Source: Azolla caroliniana (lineage: Eukaryota > Plantae > Polypodiophyta). Taken from it: a stretch of 64,000 bases of DNA. The notes under the pieces were generated by a model. It ran no database searches and was not told where the DNA came from. It saw nothing but the letters and a program-made list of their open reading frames with translations. The position numbers and the translations under genes were made by a program. Below, piece by piece: positions 1 through 14,860 of the stretch. The stretch lies in the NCBI GenBank assembly GCA_043228905.1, contig JBHGNT010000001.1:33294001-33358000 (forward strand), given 5' to 3'. Positions within the stretch are counted from its first letter, which is position 1. Each line of letters starts with the position of its first letter.

Positions 1-149
1 TACCGTCAGAAACTCACCCTTTCTCGAGTGAGAAATTCACATTACCTATCATTTGAGATATAAATTGTATGAAACGATTTAAAACTAATAGTGATTTTGG
101 TGAGTTTCAAATTTACTTTGAAATTTTCATGGGGTATAATAACTTGAAA

Positions 150-1200
150 GGGTTTATTGCAATGTTAAAATATGTGATTGTTCAACAAACTTTTGTTTAA
201 GCCCATGGTGGTTGGTTATAGCGTAATGAAGTTCTTTGTAAAAACTATGTTACCCATGATATGGAAATAAAAGAGCAAAATAGTAACTTTTGTCACATCA
301 ATAACACAACAAAACACCATAAATTGAGATACATGACCAAAACGAGGGAAAAAGGGAGGTCAATGGACCATGATGCACATGAAAGCCTTGAACTAGTGTT
401 TATCCACAATTCATGGACTTCATTGGGTAATAACTACATGACATTGCGTTTGTGCTTGACATGTAGTCAAAAGTTAAGTTTGTTCTTGCTGTCATTACTC
501 ATTGTTTAGACACTTTTGTGAAAGGCAAGAAATTTTCGTATGCATGTATTCACACCTTGATGCATAGTTGTGATCTTGTAATGGTCAAACTAAGGGAGCC
601 CTCATTCTTTGAAAGACATATTGAATTTGGTTGTGTGTAATATAAATTATTATCGTGGAGGTTTCTAGAGAAGCTTGTGGTTGACATCCACTTGCTAATG
701 GGGCAATGGATGGGTTCGTCGATTCCTTTTATCGAAATTATGTGCATGAAGTATGCCCATCTCCAAATTATTTAATAAATATGAATAAATACACATGTTG
801 GAATAAGTTATTGTGTTTTTTGGGTGGGAAACCTCAATTTGATGTATAAAACCATAGAAAATAAAGATTGTTGGTGCTCAAAATAAAACATAAATATCCA
901 TAGAAGGACTTCCATCAATTGGAAACAAACTTAAAAGATTTTGTCTCAAAGATGGCTAGAAGAAATAGAATTAAGCATGAAAATATGGACAAATAGCGGA
1001 ATTGTGAACATACAACACAAGCACTCGACATAGAGTGTTCAATCAGAAGGATGTGTGTTGGTGCTTTGCATTCCGATTTCCTAGAGGTTAATTATCGGGA
1101 GCCCACAAGGGCTTTTTTTATTTATAGATGACAAACCCCTTCCAGTGACATGGCTTAATGGGTTAATGCACAACACGATCTCCCCATCATAATCACACAA
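150..1200 (+). mobile_element. Heavily decayed Ty3/gypsy-like integrase remnant
   Basis: Broken-frame peptides appear in integrase order: FMDFIG (~411-428) and RVFNQKDVCWCFAFRFPRG*LSGAHKGFFIYR (~1033-1128), which resembles the C-terminal F..GD.V...W.GPF block. Many stops; no LTR seen. Confidence 0.35.
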
Positions 1201-1548
1201 TAAAAATAAAATAAAAAGATCATGATCAGTCTTGCATGTGGGGAGTTAAAAAGGTTATCGCTACCATCTATTGGCACGAACATCTTAGAAATTCGGGGTG
1301 ATGATAAGAAAGCAATGGACAAAAAGAAAGAAAGAGAAAGAAACGAACATCTTCGAAATCCGAAGAAGCGGAGTAGCTTACAATGTAGAAAACTCAAAAA
1401 TGGAATGGGAGAAAGAAAGCAAGGAAATCGTGCAAGGACGGGTACGGTGCGAAGCTCGCCATTTTTGCAAGGGGGGGTGCAGCAAATATAATATGGTGGA
1501 TTTGGAGATTTGATGATGAGATAGATGGAAGGAAAGAAAGACTCTCTC

Positions 1549-1722
1549 TTTTATCGTAATTAGATTAACCTAGGTGCAAGCGTTAAGCTACTAGCACTAG
1601 CCTCTCTATTACTCCATAGATATCTATCTTAATTCACTAGATGCCAGTGTGGAATGTGGTGGGGTTGAACCCATGACCACTTGGTCTCCGTTCGGCAAAC
1701 TTACCAACTGAGCTACATCCAT
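1549..1722 (-). mobile_element. tRNA-derived SINE-like element (or tRNA pseudogene at 1648-1722)
   Basis: Minus strand reads TGGATG-TAGCTCAGTTGGTAAG...GGTCATGGGTTCAACCCCACCACATTCCA. This gives a Pol III A box (TAGCTCAGTTGG), a B box (GGTTCAACCC) and partial acceptor-stem pairing, but no proper anticodon arm. About 100 bp of unique body follows, ending in TAAAA. Confidence 0.6.
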
Positions 1723-1864
1723 ATGGACAACCAATTTTCTCTCTCTCTTTCTCTCTCTCTATCTCTCTCTATCTATAGGGTTGCCCATGGCTTTTGTTTG
1801 TTTTTTGTTTCTTTCATTGGCAATGGGTGTGTGCAAGTGGCACTAGTAGTGGTAGTGTTAGAAT

Positions 1865-2117
1865 CATAGTATGAACCATACGTACCATACGTGTATTCGC
1901 ATCCGAGAATGGTAAACACCCTCGAAGTATGGTAAATACCATACTTTTTGTATTCATTATATATTATCAGGTAAAACATTTTTTTTAAGGTGAAAAATTT
2001 AAGGTAAAAAGCGTTTAAAAAAGAGAGAGCATAAGAATGTTTTGACAACATACGCATTCGGTTGCATTCGTATGAAAAGAATGATTGCCAATGCATTCGA
2101 GTATATTATGAACTATG
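1865..2117. mobile_element. hAT-type MITE (253 bp)
   Basis: Termini CATAGT.../...ACTATG; 8-bp flanks GTTAGAAT (1857-1864) and GTAAGAAT (2118-2125), one mismatch; repeated CATAC/CATTCG subterminal motifs. Confidence 0.6.
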
Positions 2118-2268
2118 GTAAGAATCACATACATAAAGGTAAGAAATCTCAGTTTTTAACCAAAAGAAGAAGCCAAAATGAATGAATGAATGAAATGGTA
2201 ACTCAAATTTCTTACTTACTAAACAAACCACACACAACACACTCTCTGTTTCTAGCCTGTTCTGTACT

Positions 2269-2270
<2 letters not shown>

Positions 2271-2308
<38 letters not shown>
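2271..2308. repeat. (CT)n microsatellite upstream of the FPP gene
   Basis: Directly visible TC run. Confidence 0.9.
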
Positions 2309-2311
<3 letters not shown>

Positions 2312-2378
2312 TTCTCTGTCAATACACAACAAACCCAAACCAATCCTCACCCATTACTGTAAATTTGTACTATAGTAG

Positions 2379-2402
2379 CCCTAACCCTAACCCTAACCCT
2401 AA
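2379..2402. repeat. (CCCTAA)4 interstitial telomere-like repeat
   Basis: Four perfect CCCTAA units; AAACCCTA telo-box-like motifs also at ~2618 and ~2751. Confidence 0.85.
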
Positions 2403-2958
2403 CGCCTACTTTCTACTTTCTACTTTCTACTATCCATGCCCTCCTGCTTGTAGGCTGTAGCCTTCATCTTTCATCACCATCACCACTTATCTATCTATCT
2501 ATCTATCTATCTCATCAACACCCTAACGGCCTCCCCCCTCAAGACCCCGCAATCATTGCTCTGTAACTTTATCATCATCGATTGTGTTTTATAGAACCCT
2601 AGAAATTTCCTACGCCTTAAACCCTAGAACCCTCCTCCCTGTCCACGCTGTATGATGTCTTCATCACCATCAATTTGATAGACAAAACCGAAATCCTACT
2701 ATCAATTTCAGATGCTCTTTGGCTTCAAATCATCACTTTGATCGACCCCAAAACCCTAAACATCCCCCCCAAAAAACCTGAACACCTTAAGCCCTAGAAG
2801 AAAACCCTCAATCAAAATCCTACTATCAATGGATTCAACTTTACCATCGTCAAATCTGATCGGATCTGAACTGTGTTGAGCTCTGATAATTATCATGTGA
2901 CTCTATTAGTTGCTCTGCCCTAATCTTAACCCCTAGCCCCTAAACCTATCTATAGCTA

Positions 2959-5334
2959 ATGATTCCAAGCTTAGAAATCGATGAAGGAATGAAGACAGTA
3001 TATAGGTGTTCATGGAAGATGAATGCATCACCATCACCATCACCATCACCATCACTATCATCAATATCAACATCATCAACTAATTCATTCTGTTTCACAC
3101 CAAATAATAATAGTGATAATAATACAAATTTAGTAGAAGCTCATGATTCAAAGCAAAGGAGTTATGGATCTCATACAGAATCTCGCCAGGAAATGGTAGG
3201 TTATATACATGATTTAAGAGCATTAACTTAACATGCAAATATATGCCCACTAAATTTATCTTCCTTAACATTTATGAAAGCAACTCTCTCACTCTCTCTC
3301 TCTCTCTCACACACACACATCTTCTAAACTTCATTATCAAAGGGAAATTGGCTTATGGCTTTCAATACTCAGTGTGGAAAATTCATAGTCATGTAGGTTT
3401 TAATTAGGGTCTTCTTAGCGTCTAAGTGATATTCAAACTTTCAAAAGTTTGATCAAACATCCAATGACTGAAAGTAGTCGAACAATTTAAGTTGCGAGAG
3501 ATTTGATGCTTAAACATTGTAGAATTAAGGTTTAAATTTGGTGGATTGATATGAATAGTGTAATTAATACTAGGTGGAGCCTGATACCAAGAGTTTCCTT
3601 CATCATGAAGTCGAGATGAAGCTTCGGATCCTCTTTACTGCGTATGAAGAGCTGGTCCAACAACATGCAAATGTAGCTGAAGAAGCTGTCTTAGGTAGAG
3701 AACCAGCCCCCATATTTATATGTATATATTGTGAATTCAAAGCTGCTTGTGAATTTATTTTGAGATATAGTTATATCTTGCAAGTGTGTGACTTCATACT
3801 GTCTGTATACATGCTTATCAATGGCATTTCATCTGAAGGCTGGCATGAGGCGGAACGCGAGGCCGATGTTTTGAGGAAGCAACTCGAGAGGGAAATGATG
3901 GACAAAATAAGGCTTGAGAACCGGATTGAGAAGGAAATGACTGATAAAGTAATCCTCAAGAGCCAGATTGATAAGGAAATGACCGACAAAAGAAGGCTAG
4001 AAAAGCTTCACACTGACGAATTCGAAGCACGAATCAAAGCAGAAGCTAGAGTCAATCTACTCCAAACACAGCTAGAACTAGTGGAGAAAGAGCACGCAAA
4101 GTGTAAGTTGTATCGACTAAATGTGTTTAGGAAGGAGCTAATTCAATGTAAAACAAAAGGAGAGGTGAGGAGGGTTAAGGCTGATGATCCCATTGATGCC
4201 CCAAAGGGAGTTAAAGAATGGGACCATATCATTCGAGATTCGGAAGAAGGAGACCGTGATTTCCAAGTAGTAAAAAGAGATGGAGATCTCAGATCATCAG
4301 CTAAATTTATGTGTGTTCATAAAAACAAGTCCAATTCAAGTAGCTCAGATTTTGAAGATGATGTGAAGCTTGATGTTTTTGAGGACGGTATGAACTCTTC
4401 AAAGTCATGGGCATTTGCTTTAATTTCTCAACTAGACCACATAAAGGAGACGAGAGGTGGCACCCCTAATTTCATGGATGACTTTGAAGAAATGGAGAAG
4501 TTGGCATCATTACCTCTGGATCAACACCTCAACCCTGGTTTGCAAGACCAACTTATATTAGAGAATCAAGTAAACCATGATCATAATTGGGGGCTCTTAT
4601 CAAGAGCCATCACCACGAAGCATTGTAAAGGCATCGAAAGGGTCGGTGAAGGCACCGAAAGAGTCGGGGACAATGAATCCGCGAGAAATGTATGCTGCGA
4701 TATTTTGTCGATGATCAAGCTTGCTCGCGCCGAGAATGAGCTAAACCTAAGCCAACTCGAGAATCTCGAAATGAAAGCAGCACTCTCAAGCATCGGGAAA
4801 TGTTTGCTAGTGGTGCTCCAAACTAGATGCATTCATGAAGGGAATTATGAACCTCAACATGATCCGCAACACTACCATCAGCAATATCAGCAAAAACATG
4901 AGCAGCATCCACAACATCATATGTTTGACAAGATTAGAGCTGTTTTAGAGATAATATCCAAGTACTCCATCTCACAACACTTTGGTGGATTGATAGTGGA
5001 ATCGCCAAAAGTAAGGGACATAACATCTTGGTCACCAAATACCAAGTCCTTAAGTGATCCGTCCGATGAGGTGCAAGAATTACAAGGGCGCTATGTTGCG
5101 CAAGAGCTATTTTGTGCTATTCATCAGGTGGTGGTTATGCTAAAAAAACTTCCTCGGACGATAAACCTATGGCAAAGCTCCAAATTCAAGACTTGTATTA
5201 GATGTCTAATTATACTTTGTGACGGAATTTTGCACGAAAACCTCGACATCCATGAATTTTTGGAAGAAATTGCATCTGCATTGGAGTGGTTGATATGGCA
5301 TATGTTGTTTCCCTTGGAGGAGGACAACATTTGA
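2959..5334 (+). CDS. Filament-like plant protein (FPP / DUF869 coiled-coil), divergent, ~617 aa
   Basis: Exons 2959-3195, 3574-3694, 3839-5334 (GT-AG, frame consistent). FPP motifs: LVQQHANVAEEAVL|GWHEAEREA, SWAFALISQLDHIK, FMDDFEEMEKLA. Start could be 2989. Confidence 0.8.
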
Positions 5335-7307
5335 GTGATAAATGCACACATGGAGTAGTGATAAAAATTGGGTCTAGCGGAAGATCCTCAAGTGATGTTG
5401 GGAATATAAGGCATGATAGAATGCTTATAGTGGAAGATCTTTCTTAAATAGAATTTGAACCATATGGCAACACCACAAAGGATGTGAAAGACACTGGTAG
5501 TACTAATGTTGCTATGAAACCACTATTGAAGAAAAGATGGATGTGACATAGGTAGGCATTGGTGACACAAAAGGAAGGCCTATGAATGGAATGCCGAGAT
5601 GCCAGGGAATCGTTAATGCACTTGATACAATGTTGTGGAAGAAACAAGGAATCGATCATTAGATCATGTTTCTTCAAAAACTATGTAAAAGATGATGATG
5701 AACAATCAACGTGTCGAAGTATAGGAAACCATTGAATGGGGCTTCTAGAATGCCAAATTTTTCATCATGTTAAAATGTGAGTGGATGAAAGTTAGTGTAT
5801 GTACCTTAACTTTGGCAATCTTAAGAGAGGCACACACAACAACAACAACAACCAAAACTTGGAAAGAGGCATTACGTTCGATGCTGTTGGAGTAGGCTAT
5901 GTACGTTTGTATGTATGTATGCATGGGCATTACGTTCGAAACTCTTTTTAGCCTAATGTTGGAGTAGGCTATGTACATCTGTATGTATGTATGCATGCAT
6001 GCATTGGTCTATGTACCTATGCACATTAAAATACTAAAAAGACAAAAAAGCTCAAGCAACGAAGCTCACCAAATAAATTATCTTTTGAATGAGCTTTTTG
6101 ACTTTTTGAAAACAATCTTGATCCCTTGCCCCAATAAGGACATTATTGAGGCTATGTAAATAGGTCTCATGATTTAAGAACAATTTATCTTTTTTTATAG
6201 TGGGGTAAAACACAAAATCAGTTGTTATTCCAACTACATAGTAATATCATATATGTTAAGATCTTAATCATTACATTTCTTACTAACAGCATGGAATTAC
6301 AAAGCTAAAATGATAAGCGGTACAAACTTTACCTAGGTAGTAAGGAACCTCCTTTCTTACTATATGCCATTGTAAGTAGCCATGAAATTAATTGACCAGT
6401 ATCGAGGTTTCATTGTCACTATTAACTACAAGATACATAAATTCTAGTAATGCAAGAGTAATGATGTTGTAGTACTAAGGGAGTTTTTATAACCATAAAA
6501 AAATGTGCAATGTCCAAGTTACAAGCCCCTCGTATATTTATCTAAGTAACACAACAATCATATCTTCTTCACACTTGTTCTTTTGTATCTCTTACTTATG
6601 TTTGTGGTTAAGTTCTCCGATTATTATGCATCGAGGTGCTATATTTAGTAGCGATTAATTTTCTTTTTTTGCATGGTTTTTATCAAATCAAATTTGTTCT
6701 AGCTTAGACTATAACAAGGAGTAAGCTAAAGTAGGCAATATCCATTAAACAAGGTCAAAATAATGGTTATCCCTGATTACGATATCACAACCGTGTAACA
6801 CTTGACTTTGAGTGAGATTTTATACGAGTGAACACTAGCGTCCAACATTCCATAGAGCAGCGAGTTCAAATATGGGAGGAGAGAAACCTTCAATAATAAG
6901 AGACAATAACAATGTGGTTGATAACAAATGATTATGATATGAGTCATGACAATAAGTTAGAGTCTACATTCTACTACCATATCAATTCTATCAAGAAGAA
7001 TAGGTCTAGCTGTGTTAGTAGAATGGGTTTACCAAAAGCCCCCAAGGGAAGTTTTTCACCATGGAGAAGATAAATATTTGGAGGTTCAGAAGCTTAGAAG
7101 CTCCCAAATTTGCGGTATTGAAAAAGTTAGAAATACAATGCTCTAATTTAGGGTCACCAACATAGTGGATGAAGATTGGGAACCACAACAATAGTTAATC
7201 ATTGTTGATGTTGATGATCCAACTACATATGGCTAATAACATATATATTATCTATCTCTTGGACTTGAAAGGGTCAAGGGTTTTCTTAACCTTTGTTCAG
7301 AATGTCA

Positions 7308-7344
7308 CATACATACATTACATACAATACATAGATTCATTCAT

Positions 7345-7395
<51 letters not shown>

Positions 7396-7650
7396 TACAT
7401 ACATACATTACATGCATTACATACATACATACATACATACATTACATGCATTAAATACATGCATTACATACATACATACATACATACATTACATACATAC
7501 ATACATACATTCATACATACATACATTACATGCATTACATGCATTACATACATACATACATACATACATTACATGCATAACATGCATTACATGCATTACA
7601 TACATACATACATTCATTCATACATACATACATTACATGCATTACATGCA

Positions 7651-7694
<44 letters not shown>

Positions 7695-7728
7695 GTACAT
7701 ACATACATACATACATACATACATACAT
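7308..7728. repeat. Compound (TACA)n/(CA)n/CATTACATG microsatellite
   Basis: About 420 bp of TACA units interspersed with CATTACATG; it produces the spurious His/Thr/Tyr ORFs in the track. Confidence 0.95.
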
Positions 7729-7809
7729 CAAGACGGACAAAAGCATATGTTGTTGGCGTGACCGGTAAACCCGATTAAGACACCCGAATTCCCCCCCAAA
7801 TGCAAGTAA

Positions 7810-11223
<3,414 letters not shown>

Positions 11224-11704
11224 GAATTAAAGACATAACTAGAGTTTTTGATCAACCTTCCTTTTAATAATGGACAAACTGCTGAAGGGGTGTCCATTAG
11301 ATCAACGCTTGTTTTGCACGCAACTTTTAATTATATATATGTTTAAATATACCTCATGACTATCTATATATCTTGATTTGATTCTTTTCATTGCAACTTG
11401 TTATTCCCCTTAACATTCATTAGAATTTAACATAAATATACAAAGGTTGTTTTGCAGTGTTTCTATCATAGACAAGCTTCTTTCATAGGCAATTGTGTCT
11501 AATGTGAGGTTTGTGACATGTGAATGGTGGACTGAAAGATGTTATGTAACAATTTTTGTGTTAGAGCAGGAGTTCATTGAGTTCATCATCATCAAATATG
11601 TTATTATCTCCTTAATCTCTTTTATCAACATTAATATGCTTACGCTATGATTCCCTCAATAATTTGAGCATGTGGATCACCAGTTTTAAGGAACTAAGTG
11701 ATTC

Positions 11705-12025
11705 ATGGACTTATTTTTGTAGAACTGTGATCCAAATTGATAAATGCCACTTTGGTGTGCGTAACTACCTGACTCTTTTATGAAACTCTATAACCAGTCT
11801 AAAGCAACTGAGGGATAAATGGACTTATTTTTGTAGTACTGTGATCAAAATTGATAAATGCCACTTTGTTGTGCGTAATTACCTGACTCTTTTAAGAATC
11901 TCTAAAACCAATCTAAAGCAACCGAGGGATACATGGACTTATTTTTTTAGTACTGTGATCAAAATTGATAAATGCCACTTTGTTGTGCGTAACTACTTGA
12001 CTCTTTTATGAATCTCTAAAACCAG
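11705..12025. repeat. 114-bp tandem repeat, ~2.8 copies
   Basis: Units starting ATGGACTTATTTTT at ~11705, 11819 and 11933. Confidence 0.9.
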
Positions 12026-12728
12026 TTTGTCCCAACCTCTTTGTAAAAGGTTTTCTACAGCCTATCATAATTGTCTATCATAATTACAATGCCTATAATA
12101 ATTGTTAGGTATTGTCTGATTTAGTGATGAGTTTTGAATTGTCCTTCCCCAAATGCTTCTTGTTAATCCCCTCTCTAGTGTTATTGCCATTCGATTGTCT
12201 TTCCCCAAATGCTTCTTGTTAATCCCCTCTCAAGCACCATTATTCCTCACCCCTTTCAACTCCACCCTATTCCAGTTTTGAAGATGAGTAATTTCCCTTC
12301 TTGACCCTTGGATGCATTAAACATTCAAGGTGATCTTGTAGCTCCTATCGTTCATTGATCTTGATTTCATTTGCATCATGCTTATGAAGTTTAATATTGA
12401 ATCCTCGTAAGTTTGATCATGTGGATATGTGGCAATGGAATATGTATATACAATGTGATGTTAGCTAGAATGGAAAAATCAACTACAAACAAAATTGCTA
12501 CCTTTCTTAAAAATAAACTTCTTGGGAAGAAATGATTGATACAAGGAAGTTTTCAATAATGGCTCAAATTCCTACCATTGATGTATAGTCATAAACCACA
12601 AAGGTTATCAAGGATCCTCTTCTCCAAGAATAATCTCTTTCAAGGATAAGGATGGGACGGCCTACTCCAAATCATAACTTTCATGAGGCTTGCTCAGCAT
12701 TAGCTTCCCATGAGTCTATAGTCTTATT

Positions 12729-13467
12729 CAGGGCCTGAATTTGACAGGTTAGCATAAAAGTTTTTTGACGGGCATTTTTTAAAGATGTATGTCATATGAC
12801 ACAAGAGTGCAAAAACTAACATGCCATTTGACATACAAATTTTAATAATGAAAGTTCTATATGATGCTTCATTGTTATACATTTCATTACTATAGAAAGT
12901 GCACAAATAAACATACGTACCTAACAAAGATAATGAAATACATAAAATTAATATCATGTTAATGTTTTTACTAATAAGTATGAAAAAAAAAGTTAGTAAA
13001 AATTTAGTTTTAACCTAAAACTTAAAACATTAAAATCAAACCTAGAGTTATACACTCTTAAAGTATGTATTTAATAAAGGTTCTTGTTTAAAATTTCAAT
13101 CAAATTTCAACTAATATTGTAAATATTTGAGAATATATACCATTATTACATGATAATGATATTATTTTAAGTGTGTTATAAAAAACATATAATTTTTTGG
13201 AATTTTTTTATATAGTATTAATATATTATAATACACACTTCATATATATAATAATTGAGATATGTATATGTACATTGTATATAATATATATGACAGGGAA
13301 AATAGAATTTTAACATGTCATTTGACATGCATAATTTGTAGGGGCCTTTCGCATGAAAAATGGATATTTAAACTTTATGTCACTTGACGGGCATTTTTAT
13401 TATGTGTATGTTTTTGACGGGCAAAATGGCCTTTGACGGGCATGACACCCGTCAAATTCCTGCCCTG
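12729..13467. mobile_element. Non-autonomous hAT-like DNA transposon (~740 bp)
   Basis: 20-bp imperfect TIRs: CAGGGCCTGAATTTGACAGG vs reverse complement CAGGGCAGGAATTTGACGGG. Subterminal TTGACGGGCA repeats at ~12765, 13384, 13414, 13433; AT-rich core. No convincing TSD. Confidence 0.65.
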
Positions 13468-13496
13468 GCTGGTATTATTGTGCATCGTTGATCAAC

Positions 13497-13925
13497 TTTT
13501 CTTGGGTCGATCAGATGTCTCTGTCAAATATCTACATTCTCATCTTTTGGAAAGAAATGCTAAATTAAGCATCTTGATCTTACGTGGATGTACGAAGGCT
13601 TTAAGCTATTGTGTAGACATATGCAAATGGTGTCTTATCCTACATTCCTAGCTATGTCACTTCTATGACCTAATGGACAAATATTTCTATCAGAAAATAT
13701 TTTTAATCCTGAGATTCAACCAACTACTAACATGGGGTTATCTGTCTCTAGAATGGGCTCTTTAGTTCGAACCAAAGCTGTGAAGCAGGTAGTTGGTGTA
13801 TCAATTTCAGAATTGGCATAATTTGCAGAATTGGAGTCACATAATTTGATTTTGACCCTGATAAGGCTGCTTATAATCAGTTGGTGAGAGGTCAAATACC
13901 TATGTAAATGGCTCAAGCAAGCTCT
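13497..13925 (+). pseudogene. atpA: Nuclear copy of a plastid atpA fragment (NUPT), copy 1
   Basis: Broken-frame peptides YLHSHLLERNAKLS, IQPTTNMGLSVSRMGSLVRTKAVKQVVG..SELA*FAELE and DKAAYNQLVRGQ match CF1-alpha YLHSRLLERAAKLS / [41 protein letters not shown] / DKATQNQLARGQ. FAELE is the plastid form; mitochondrial atp1 has YREVA. Confidence 0.85.
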
Positions 13926-13929
13926 ATTC

Positions 13930-14860
13930 TCAGGAAGAGCGAATGGTTACTAATTATATGGGTGTTAATGGATACTTAGATATACCAGAGGCTGGACGTG
14001 TTTCAAAGTTTCTTGATTCAGCTGCATGATTATGTCGAAACTAATTTGGAGAAATCTTTGGAGAAATAATTCTTTCTACCAAAATATATTAGGGAACATG
14101 AAGGTAAAATCTTCAAGTTTTAGAAGGCTAAAGATTTAGTTTATGTCAATATATTTTTATAGCACTTCTAATTTGGAATAATTGCTAAGGATCGTGGTAT
14201 GATTTGTTATCACCTTGGATATCCAATTGTGGTTGACGTTTCTCATGTGAAACTTATTGAGTGTGTATCCAAAAGGTTGGAGGATAAATTTACATACTAG
14301 AGTCTCGATTCTAGCCTTTTCATGTACGACTTAACGTAGTCCGATCGATTATCAGGCCTCTATGGTGTCTTATTACATTCCTTTGTTACCATGGTCGAAG
14401 AAAGCTCTTGAAATGGAGTCCTACTCAATGCAAATGTTGTTGTGGAAAAGAAAAGGGAAAAGCTCATTGTTGTGGTTGGCATGGGATCATGTTTGTACTC
14501 CGAAGCATCTTGGTGGGGGCATCAATATTCAATTTATATGAACATATGTTGGCCCGTCGATTTACTTTCATTTGATTTATTTTTGAGGGTGCACAACCTT
14601 GGACAAAAATGGTGCATACTTTAAAGAGAAGACAAGAATTGAGCTTGGAAACATGACAATTGATGCTAATTGGTGGAATGCCATTGATTTTGAAAGGTAC
14701 GTTAAATGGGCAGGGTCTCTGATAGTTAATCATTTGTTGACATCTTGGCAAAGTATGTGTGAATTTTGTGGAATGGCATCCTCCACAAGAATGGGGATGT
14801 GCCAACTCATTACAAACGAAGGTTTTGGCAGCATCAAGATTGTTGAGGTGAGATGGTAAA
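13930..14860 (+). mobile_element. L1-type LINE reverse transcriptase remnant
   Basis: Decayed peptides YHLGYPI (~14208), YYIPLLPWSKK and WLAWDHVCTPKHLGG (~14473-14520), matching the post-RT L1 motifs YLG.P and W..VC.PK..GG. Confidence 0.7.

Noticed and set aside
7202-7768. 188-aa and 100-aa His/Thr/Tyr-rich ORFs
   Set aside because: Translations of the TACA microsatellite; no sign of a real gene.
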